Shown here: positions 8,628-16,098 of the stretch, piece after piece
Position numbering within the stretch: position 1 is the stretch's first letter
Layout: every line of letters begins with the position of its first letter
Program-made: the position numbers and the translations under genes
Assembly (NCBI GenBank): GCA_017694295.1
Contig: JADINA010000016.1
Span: 10,552-74,551, forward strand
From: Candidatus Alloenteromonas pullistercoris
Lineage (GTDB): Bacteria > Bacillota_I > Bacilli_A > RFN20 > CAG-826
Direction: 5' to 3'
DNA length: 64,000 bases
The notes under the pieces: model-generated
Databases searched by the model: none
What the model was told of the DNA's origin: nothing
Seen by the model: only the letters and a program-made list of their open reading frames with translations

Positions 8628-9824
8628 CTATTGGTATGAAGCTATGACGCAGGGTCCCACCTTTTCCTCGCGGTAGGACGCTTTGTATCCGGAAACATAG
8701 GGCATGCCGGTGTCCTCGTCGAAGAGGAGCTTGTCGATGAAGGGGACCCGCTCATTGGGGAATTCCCCGTTGATGTCGAAGCCGTGGTAGAAAATCCAAT
8801 AGTCGCCGGCGAAGTCCCTCACGATGGTGTTGTGCCCCGTCCCGGCAACCTGCTCGCTTGGCCCGATGACCAAGTCGCCATAGGTGCCTTCGTGGAGCTT
8901 TTTGCCATCGCTCCCTTTAAAATCGCCGAAGAAGGAGTCGGATTTGCCCACCTTTACGCGATAAGTCGAATCGACCCCCGAGCAGCAGCTGCCTTGGGAG
9001 CCGAAGTAATACCAGGACCCATCGATCTCGATGATGTAGCTGCCTTCGTAGTTGATGTCGATGTCCATCGTCCCGCCCGAATTGTCCTCGACTATCCAAA
9101 TTAGGTTGTCCTTTAAGGCCGCAAGGCCACAGAAGGGTTCGATGCCGTCATCGGTCAGCTTGGTGGCGGCGATCCCGTAGAACGAGCCCCAGACGAGGTA
9201 GAGCTCCTCGCCGACGTAAAGGGCCTGGGGGTCGATGGAGTTGGAGACGCCGCTGGTCTCGGAGTCGAGCACCATCCCATAATGGGTCCAGGGCCCATAG
9301 GGGGTTGGGGAGGTCGCGACCCCGATCCCGGGGTTGGAATCGCCCCAAAGGGACAATGAGTAATAGTAATTGTAGGTATCCCCGACCTTGAGGACGCTTG
9401 GGGCCCAAACCCCAGCATCCGGGTCGCCCCACTCCAAGGCGTCGGAATGGCCGTCGAAGACCGAGCCGGCCCAAGTCCAATCGATGAGGTTTTGGCTCCG
9501 GAAGATGGGACCGCGGTCATAGGCGACGCCTTTATCGCCCATCTCGCAATAGGTGTTGGTGCAGTACATGTACCAATACCCATCGTCGCCATAGATGACG
9601 TCGGGGTCGGCGCAGGTGACGAAATACTCGCTGCCGTCTTGCTTATGGAAGCGAAGCGGGTTTTGGTAGTTCACGTTTTCGTAAACGGGTTCCTCGGAGG
9701 AGCTACTCTCCGATGGGATAGAGGATTCGGGGGCGCTCGATGACGGTAAGCTGGACGATGAAGAGGGGGTGCAGCCGATTAGGGCCAAGGCCAACAAGGG
9801 GATGGCCGCGAAAAGCTTTTTCAT
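8628..9824 (-). CDS. GH43 glycoside hydrolase lipoprotein (arabinanase/arabinofuranosidase-like)
   Basis: Lipobox LIGCT plus Ser-rich linker. GH43 hallmarks: DPDVIYGDDGYWYMYCT, GVWAPSVLKVGDTYNYYYS, GSFYGI, EGSYII. Confidence 0.85.
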   Translation of the reverse strand: MKKLFAAIPLLALALIGCTPSSSSSLPSSSAPESSIPSESSSSEEPVYENVNYQNPLRFHKQDGSEYFVTCADPDVIYGDDGYWYMYCTNTYCEMGDKGVAYDRGPIFRSQNLIDWTWAGSVFDGHSDALEWGDPDAGVWAPSVLKVGDTYNYYYSLSLWGDSNPGIGVATSPTPYGPWTHYGMVLDSETSGVSNSIDPQALYVGEELYLVWGSFYGIAATKLTDDGIEPFCGLAALKDNLIWIVEDNSGGTMDIDINYEGSYIIEIDGSWYYFGSQGSCCSGVDSTYRVKVGKSDSFFGDFKGSDGKKLHEGTYGDLVIGPSEQVAGTGHNTIVRDFAGDYWIFYHGFDINGEFPNERVPFIDKLLFDEDTGMPYVSGYKASYREEKVGPCVIASYQ

Positions 9825-11008
9825 GCCTTCTCTCCTTCAAGCGCGTTTATATAAGGCCCGGGGAGGGTTTCGTGGTTGCTCGCATGGGTGGAGTCGACAT
9901 AGGGCATCCCTGTCTCCTCGTCCCAAAGCAGCTTATCGAGGTAGGCAACCCGATATGAGGAGGTGTCGGCTGTCGTGTCATATCCATGGTAGACCATCCA
10001 GTAGTCGCCGATGTCGTCTTGGATTACCGAGCAGTGGCCGACGCCCATCGCCCCGGAAAGGGAGGGGACGACGACGGGGTCGCCGCGGTTGGGGCCGAAC
10101 ATGTCGCGGCCCTGCGAATCCAAATACGGCCCCTGCAGGCTTTGGCTTTTGCCGACCACGACCTTATAGGTGGACATGGCCCCGGAGCAACAGCTGCCGG
10201 TGGAAAGGAACATGTAATACCAGCCGTCTTTTTTCAAAATGAAGGTCGCCTCGTAGTTGTTGAGGTCGTTTATCCCATAACCGGCGAGGCTCACCTTGCT
10301 TTCTTTTTGCCCCTCTATCCCGCCTTGAAGCCCTAGCCCATCCTCGGTTAGCTCAATCAAGGTGATGTAGCCCCCAAATGAGCCAAAGGCCATATAAAGC
10401 TTGCCGCCGTCATAGAAGACATGGGGATCGATGGAATTGACGACGTCGATCTCCTCCGAATTGAATAGCTTCCCCTTGTGGTCCCAAGGGCCATATGGGG
10501 TATCAGAAGTCGCGACCCCGATGCCCGGGTTGGCGTCGCCACCGGTTGAAAGAGAATAGTAGTAATTCCACTTCTCCCCCACCTTTATGACCGTCGGGGC
10601 CCAAACCCCGGCACCGCTGGTGCCCCAGTTGGGGTTGTAGTTGGAAAAGACGTTCCCCTTATAGGTCCAGTTGACCAAATCAGGGGAGGAGAAGATCGGG
10701 CCGCGGACGAATTCTAGGCTTGGGGTGCGGACGTCGGTTTGGGTGCAATAAAGGTAAAAAGTCCCATCGTCATCGCGGATGACATAGGGATCGGCCATAT
10801 AGGTCGGGGTCTTTTGCCCGTCGACCAAAGGATAGGTCGGGTTTGAGTAATCGTTGTTCTTGGCCACAATCGCTTCAGAGCTTTGCTCCGAGGATCCGGA
10901 AGAGGCGGGGTCGCCACTCTCGCTGGAGGAGGTGGAAGGAGAGCAGGAAGCCAGTAAGGCAACGCTAAGGATGAAGAGGGAGCCAAACTTGGTTTTACGT
11001 TTCATCAT
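9821..11008 (-). CDS. GH43 glycoside hydrolase lipoprotein, paralog of 8628..9824
   Basis: Lipobox LLASCS. Motifs ADPYVIRDDDGTFYLYCT, GVWAPTVIKVGEKWNYYYS, GSFGGY. A 4-nt overlap (9821-9824) with the downstream gene. Confidence 0.85.
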   Translation of the reverse strand: MMKRKTKFGSLFILSVALLASCSPSTSSSESGDPASSGSSEQSSEAIVAKNNDYSNPTYPLVDGQKTPTYMADPYVIRDDDGTFYLYCTQTDVRTPSLEFVRGPIFSSPDLVNWTYKGNVFSNYNPNWGTSGAGVWAPTVIKVGEKWNYYYSLSTGGDANPGIGVATSDTPYGPWDHKGKLFNSEEIDVVNSIDPHVFYDGGKLYMAFGSFGGYITLIELTEDGLGLQGGIEGQKESKVSLAGYGINDLNNYEATFILKKDGWYYMFLSTGSCCSGAMSTYKVVVGKSQSLQGPYLDSQGRDMFGPNRGDPVVVPSLSGAMGVGHCSVIQDDIGDYWMVYHGYDTTADTSSYRVAYLDKLLWDEETGMPYVDSTHASNHETLPGPYINALEGEKA

Positions 11009-11027
11009 TTCTCCTCAATTCACCCCA

Positions 11028-11056
11028 ATTTTAGGCAACTATAACGTTATAGTCAA
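11028..11056 (-). promoter_or_regulatory. Sigma70-type promoter of the glycan-utilisation operon (TTGACT-17 nt-TAAAAT)
   Basis: The minus strand reads ttgact ataacgttatagttgcc taaaat. The -10 ends about 20 nt before the ATG at 11008, and SD gaggag lies in between. Confidence 0.6.
11038..11053. promoter_or_regulatory. Perfect 16-bp palindrome ACTATAACGTTATAGT overlapping the -35/spacer. Putative repressor operator.
   Basis: Read directly from the sequence. The 8+8 arms are perfectly self-complementary and centred on ACGT. Confidence 0.5.
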
Positions 11057-11063
11057 CAAGAAA

Positions 11064-11077
11064 TGTAAGCGGTTACA
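11064..11077. promoter_or_regulatory. Catabolite-responsive element (cre, CcpA-type) TGTAAGCGGTTACA
   Basis: Matches every constrained position of the Firmicutes cre consensus TGWAANCGNTNWCA / WTGNAANCGNWNNCW. Sits 8 nt upstream of the -35. Confidence 0.55.
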
Positions 11078-11163
11078 TCCGTTACGAAAACCTCTAGGAA
11101 AATCAAAAAAACTTAATCGAAGATTACCCTCGCCCCACTATAAGAAAAAGAAATAATCCAAAC

Positions 11164-12393
11164 TCAGATTCCGGCAATCGGGGCGGCGTAATTTTCTTCA
11201 TCGAGAGGGTATGCCGCCTCAGATAGGCAAAGGATGCCCCCTCCCCCTTTTAGATAACGACTTTCGTCTAACTGCTTAAAGGCCTTGATGTCCCTTTTTG
11301 AATAATTGGACCCGGATTTGATTTCGATCCGATGGATTTTGCCGCCGAAAAGAATAACCAAATCGATTTCGTTTTGATTGAAATCGCGATAATAATACAT
11401 CGGTGGATTGGGGATTCCGTTATTTAGAAAAGTCTTCCGAATCTCGTTGATGGCATAAGTCTCCACAAAAGCGCCCGAGAAAGCGCTGATCATGAGGTTT
11501 TCCGGAATATCAAGCCGCGCCAAATAAGCAGCTAAGCCGGTGTCGGAAAAATACAATTTGCTTCTTTTCGTTATCCGTTTTGCCAAAGACATCTCATAAT
11601 ACGGTTCAAGCAAATAAACGATGTCGCCGGCGAGGAGAACACTTAACCAGTTTTGGACGGTCTTAAGGTCAATCCCGATGGTTTTGGCGATTTTATCGTA
11701 GATGAGCTCTTGGCCTGTCAGCGAAGCCAACAATTCCATGAAGCGGCGGAAAGCAAACTTGTCCTTGACGTTGATGATTTCGGATACGTCGCGCTCGATA
11801 TAGGTTTCTACGTAACTGGAATAAAAACTTCTCGCCGACAAAGATGGGTTAGCGTGCAGTTCCGGGTAAAATCCGCGGACGATCAAATCAAAAAGGTCTT
11901 TGGCTTCCAATTTTGGGGATGATCGCCGATGCAAGGCGGGCAAATCGAAAAGAAATGTCGGTTCGTCGCGCCCAAGCAACTCACTTCGCGAAAGCGGAGG
12001 GATATGGACGATGCCAATCCTTCCGGCAAGCGATTCCCCAACGCCTTGCATAAGGCGATACATCTGGGAACCGATTAAAATATACATCCCATAGTTGTCC
12101 CCTCTTCTCATCTTTTCTTCGTTTACCCGATGGAAAATAGCTTGGAATAGCTCCGGCGCCCTTTGAGCTTCATCGATGATAAGCGGGGTCTTAAAAAGCG
12201 AGAGAAAGGTTTCCGGTTGACTTTTGGCCATCTCGGCCTCACGCATGCTCTCAAGCGAGATATAGGAAAAGCCCTTATCCATAAACAAAGAAGCCAAAGT
12301 GGATTTGCCCACCTGCCTGGCCCCGGTTATCAGGGTAACGGGACGGCTTTTAACCGAGTTCTCGATTTCCGTTAATATCGTTCGTTTTATCAT
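11164..12393 (-). CDS. AAA+ ATPase with C-terminal PD-(D/E)xK-like module (COG1373 / AAA_14 + DUF4143 type), copy 1
   Basis: Walker A ITGARQVGKSTL, Walker B LIIDEAQ. The C-terminus NEIDLVILFGGKIHRIEIKSG has a D...E-x-K motif. Confidence 0.8.
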   Translation of the reverse strand: MIKRTILTEIENSVKSRPVTLITGARQVGKSTLASLFMDKGFSYISLESMREAEMAKSQPETFLSLFKTPLIIDEAQRAPELFQAIFHRVNEEKMRRGDNYGMYILIGSQMYRLMQGVGESLAGRIGIVHIPPLSRSELLGRDEPTFLFDLPALHRRSSPKLEAKDLFDLIVRGFYPELHANPSLSARSFYSSYVETYIERDVSEIINVKDKFAFRRFMELLASLTGQELIYDKIAKTIGIDLKTVQNWLSVLLAGDIVYLLEPYYEMSLAKRITKRSKLYFSDTGLAAYLARLDIPENLMISAFSGAFVETYAINEIRKTFLNNGIPNPPMYYYRDFNQNEIDLVILFGGKIHRIEIKSGSNYSKRDIKAFKQLDESRYLKGGGGILCLSEAAYPLDEENYAAPIAGI

Positions 12394-12629
12394 ATGCCCT
12401 TAAAACATTAACTTAGTAAAAATTGGAGTTCAAGTCCAAAATTTCATAAAAATGTTTGTCTCAATGACAAACCATTGATTTTTTATCAAAATCCAACTTT
12501 TATTAAGACAACTTGTTCTTGGCCACTCCATGCCAAATTCGGAATTGCCTGCTTTTATCTTTAAATAAATAGACGAAACCCCAAAAAGGTTTTTGGCCCT
12601 AGATAAGTCAATGAAACTATGAAAAACTA

Positions 12630-15600
12630 ATGGGGATGTCCTGGATTAGGAATTTGTTCCATAAAAGGGCGGAAAGCCCGCTCGGAAAGGCTATCGGTTC
12701 CTTTAACTCTTCCTATAAAAGGCTATTATCCCTTGACCGCTTCCTCAGCTATAGCGACACCCGGCCGTTATTAAAAGCCAATGAGGCGCTTTATGCGCAG
12801 CTGCTATCCGCGCAAAAGCAAAATAACCTAAAGAGGTTCTGCCGCAAAAACCTCATCGATATCGAGCTGGCCGAAGGGTTTTTGCGCTCCTATTTCGATT
12901 TACAGGGAAATCGAACCAGGATAAAAGAGCATAACGACGAATTCGTCAAAGCCAAGGAAAAGGAGGAAGGAGACTACCTCGATAAAATCCTTAGCCCCAT
13001 CGACCCGCATATCAAACTAGACGAGGACCAAAAGCAAGCCATCCTCCGCGACGAGGACCATACCCTTCTAATCGCCGGGGCCGGGGCGGGCAAGACCACG
13101 ACCCTCGCGGCCAAAACCCGCTACCTCGTCGACAAGCAGAAGGTAAAGCCGGAGGAGATACTCCTCATCTCCTTCACCAACAAAGCGGTCGATGAGCTGA
13201 AGGAAAGGATAAACGGCAAGCTCCACATCGATTGCCCTATCGCCACCTTCCATTCGGCCGGCTCCGCTTTGCTGCGAGGGAGCGAAAGCGAAAGGAAACG
13301 AATCGTCGAAGAGGGTTTCCTCTACAATTCGATCGACGATTACCTCCGCGTCGAGGTCCTTTCCGACCCGAAGATGGTCGATGCCCTCATCCTTTTCTTC
13401 GGGGCTTATTTCAGAAGTCCATATGACGAAAAGGGCTTACTGGAATTCTTCAAGTTCGCCTCCAAAGGTGGATGCCTTACCCTAAAAGGCGATTTAAAAG
13501 AATATTCAAGGCGGGTCATCGAGCAAAGGACGAGACGCCTTATGACGATATCGAAGGAAGAGGTCCGCTCGATCGAGGAAGCCCAAATCGCCAATTTCCT
13601 CTACCTCAACGGCATCGATTATACCTACGAGGAGGAATACCGTTACCACATCCTCAAAGCCAAAAAGCCCTATACCCCGGATTTCACCATCCACCAAAAC
13701 GGGAAAACAATCTACCTTGAGCACTTTGGGTTGACCGATAAGTGGGAGAGCTCCCTTTACGACGAAAAGCAGTTAAGGCAATACAAGCAGGCGATCCGCG
13801 ACAAAATCGCCCTCCACAAAGCCCATAACACCAAACTCATCTTCACCTTCTCCTCCTATTCCGACTCAAGGAGCCACCTCGCCCATTTGAAGGAGGCCTT
13901 GCTCAAAGAGGGGATCGCCTTCCACCCCCGTGACCATAAGGAAGTGCTCGAAAAACTCTTAAAGCAGGAGGAAAGCCGATACGTCAATTCATTGACCAAG
14001 CTTTTGCTCACTTTCCTCACAAATTTCAAATCCAACGGCTATGGACAGTCGACCTTCCGGCAATGGGAAAGCCAAGACTTCAACGTCCGGACCAAGCTCT
14101 TCCTTAAAATCGCCGAGGGGGCCTATCTCCATTACCAATCGGGGCTGCTTAAAACCAATAGCAGGGATTTCTCCGATTTGATAGGCGACGCCGCCAAGCT
14201 GCTCGAGGCGATGGCGCTTCGCGGCGAGAAACTGCCCTACCGTTACATCATTATCGATGAGTATCAGGACATATCGAGGCAGCGCTTCGACTTGGTAAAG
14301 GCCTTGAAGAAAGTAAGCGACGCCAAGATCATCGCCGTCGGCGACGACTGGCAGTCGATCTATGCCTTCTCCGGCTCCGACGTCAGCCTTTTCACCCGCT
14401 TCATCGAGCTCTTAGGCGATGGGGAGCAGTTGCAAATAAGGAACACCTACCGCAACTCCCAGGAAGTCATCGACATCGCCGGCGACTTCATTCAGAAAAA
14501 CGACTTCCAGATAAAGAAGTCGCTGCATTCGGATAAGCACATCGATAAGCCAGTCTGCGTCGTCACCTACGATGATTACAATAGAAGGGAAAAAGGCGGG
14601 GTCTATAAGGAAATAGGCGATAAGCTGCTCTCGATCGTCAAAACAATCTGGGATAACGGCGACCCGTTAAGCGCCACCTTGCTAGTCGGGCGATATGGGT
14701 TTGACGCGAGGAACTGCTGCCATTCCGATGAGTTCGTCTATGACGAGCTTAACGGCAAAATGCTTTGCCGCGCCCTCCCCAAGGCCAAAATCGAGTTTTT
14801 GACTGCCCATAGTTCAAAAGGGCTAGGCTATGATAACGTCGTCATAGTCAACGCCAAAGACGCCATCTACGGCTTTCCCTCCCAAATAGACGACGATCCC
14901 GTCCTAAGCCTAGTGACCAGCAAAAACGAGGATTACGAATACGCCGAGGAGAGGCGGCTATTCTATGTTGCCCTCACCCGAACCAAAAACCGGGTCTTCA
15001 TCTTAACCCCCAAGCATCACCCGTCGAGGTTCGTCTTGGAATTGCTTCGCGACTACCCAAGCGTCTATTGCCTAGGCGAACTCGAGCCTGAAGCCAAAAG
15101 CCCCGATGGGGTCCTCTATTGCCCCGAATGCGGCTTCCCCCTTATCGAAATGTTCTCGCCCCGTTATGGGATGAAGGTGTATTGCTGCAGCAACGAGCCC
15201 GAGATATGCGACTTTTTGACCAACGATCCAGCCTCGGGGTTGCCGATACTCAAATGCGATTGCTGCCAAGACGGGTACCTCATCGCCAAAAGGGCGAAAA
15301 ACCACGAGCGAAAAGGAGACGATTACGTCCTCGGGTGCACCAACTACAAAGAAGACGGGACCGGCTGCTCGCGGATATTGAACCGCGGCTTCATCGCTAA
15401 AATGAAAAAGGGACATTACCAGGAGATCGACTTCTCCAAACTCCCCAGTTACCAAAAGGCGAAGATGGAGGAGGCCTTCAATAGCCAAGAGGGGATAAAC
15501 AAAAAGCAAACCGCTAAGCGCGAAGCCGGGCCAAACGTCAATTTGGCTTTGAGGAAGGAAATGGAACTCAAGGGCTTTAACCTAATCCTCGACCAAACTG

Positions 15601-15842
15601 GGAAGGTATTGACCGACATGGCTTTGCTTAAGGCCCTAATTGCCTTAAGGCGCGACATCGCTAGGCGCGACAAAATAGCGGAAACCCGTGTTTGCTCCAA
15701 CACGGCCTTGGTGAACCTTTCGACCTACCACCCAAGCAACAAAGCCGAATTCATCAACCTCTATGGCTTAAGCGAGAAGTCATATGGGAAATATGGGGAA
15801 ATGCTCCTAAAGAAGATAATCGAATCGTCCAAGGATCAATAG
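12630..15842 (+). CDS. Helicase IV-like UvrD/Rep (SF1) helicase with an internal nuclease-like insert, two Topo-type C4 zinc ribbons and a C-terminal HRDC domain
   Basis: SF1 motifs: AGAGAGKTTT (I), IIIDEYQD (II), VGDDWQSIYAFSG (III), NYRNSQEV (IV), TAHSSKGLGYDNVVIV (V), RRLFYVALTRTKNRVFIL (VI). Insert ...ANFLYLNGIDYTYEEEY...YTPDFTIHQNGKTIYLEHFG. Zn ribbons CPECG...CCSNEPEIC and CDCC...GCTNYKEDGTGC. HRDC-like LLKALIALRRDIARRDKIAETRVCSNTALVNL...YGLSEKSYGKYGEMLLKKI. Confidence 0.85.
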   Translation: MGMSWIRNLFHKRAESPLGKAIGSFNSSYKRLLSLDRFLSYSDTRPLLKANEALYAQLLSAQKQNNLKRFCRKNLIDIELAEGFLRSYFDLQGNRTRIKEHNDEFVKAKEKEEGDYLDKILSPIDPHIKLDEDQKQAILRDEDHTLLIAGAGAGKTTTLAAKTRYLVDKQKVKPEEILLISFTNKAVDELKERINGKLHIDCPIATFHSAGSALLRGSESERKRIVEEGFLYNSIDDYLRVEVLSDPKMVDALILFFGAYFRSPYDEKGLLEFFKFASKGGCLTLKGDLKEYSRRVIEQRTRRLMTISKEEVRSIEEAQIANFLYLNGIDYTYEEEYRYHILKAKKPYTPDFTIHQNGKTIYLEHFGLTDKWESSLYDEKQLRQYKQAIRDKIALHKAHNTKLIFTFSSYSDSRSHLAHLKEALLKEGIAFHPRDHKEVLEKLLKQEESRYVNSLTKLLLTFLTNFKSNGYGQSTFRQWESQDFNVRTKLFLKIAEGAYLHYQSGLLKTNSRDFSDLIGDAAKLLEAMALRGEKLPYRYIIIDEYQDISRQRFDLVKALKKVSDAKIIAVGDDWQSIYAFSGSDVSLFTRFIELLGDGEQLQIRNTYRNSQEVIDIAGDFIQKNDFQIKKSLHSDKHIDKPVCVVTYDDYNRREKGGVYKEIGDKLLSIVKTIWDNGDPLSATLLVGRYGFDARNCCHSDEFVYDELNGKMLCRALPKAKIEFLTAHSSKGLGYDNVVIVNAKDAIYGFPSQIDDDPVLSLVTSKNEDYEYAEERRLFYVALTRTKNRVFILTPKHHPSRFVLELLRDYPSVYCLGELEPEAKSPDGVLYCPECGFPLIEMFSPRYGMKVYCCSNEPEICDFLTNDPASGLPILKCDCCQDGYLIAKRAKNHERKGDDYVLGCTNYKEDGTGCSRILNRGFIAKMKKGHYQEIDFSKLPSYQKAKMEEAFNSQEGINKKQTAKREAGPNVNLALRKEMELKGFNLILDQTGKVLTDMALLKALIALRRDIARRDKIAETRVCSNTALVNLSTYHPSNKAEFINLYGLSEKSYGKYGEMLLKKIIESSKDQ

Positions 15843-15964
15843 GCCAGGTATTCCTCAAGGCTCGCGTTTTTGAATACCTTGATGCCGGAATTGCCGTAAA
15901 CCTGCGGGGCGCAATCATAAATAGGACATCGTGATAGACCTCCAACTCAATTTGCGAATTTTAG

Positions 15965-16056
15965 GGAATAGAAACTAAAAATTCTTAGGAATAATGTTGT
16001 CAAAAATATAGGAATGATTTCTAAAAATTTATGGGAATGCTTTTGAAAATGCGCAT
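15965..16056 (+). repeat. Four tandem, exactly 23-bp-phased imperfect repeats (GGAAT-N7-9-AAAA(A)T) upstream of AAA+ ATPase copy 2
   Basis: GGAAT begins at 15965, 15988, 16011 and 16034. Units: ggaatagaaactaaaaattctta / ggaataatgttgtcaaaaatata / ggaatgatttctaaaaatttatg / ggaatgcttttgaaaatgcgcat. Confidence 0.6.
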
Positions 16057-16071
16057 TAGAACCTTTATTAT
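16043..16071 (+). promoter_or_regulatory. Sigma70-type promoter of AAA+ ATPase copy 2 (TTGAAA-17 nt-TATTAT)
   Basis: ttgaaa (16043-48), 17-nt spacer, tattat (16066-71). The ATG is at 16099. The -35 lies inside the fourth 23-bp repeat. Confidence 0.5.
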
Positions 16072-16098
16072 GTGCTTGTTAGCGAAAGGCTTTAAAAA

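Noticed and set aside
15846-15879. Hairpin after the helicase gene (aggtattc ... gaatacct) as its terminator
   Set aside because: The stem is 8 bp, the loop is 18 nt, and there is no downstream U-tract. That is too weak to call, so the helicase may be co-transcribed with or read into the next region.
15965-16056. Possible CRISPR array or minisatellite
   Set aside because: There are only four 23-bp units with no spacer/repeat alternation, the units are imperfect, and no cas genes are present. I interpret it instead as a promoter-proximal phased repeat. No other CRISPR-like array was seen anywhere in the window.
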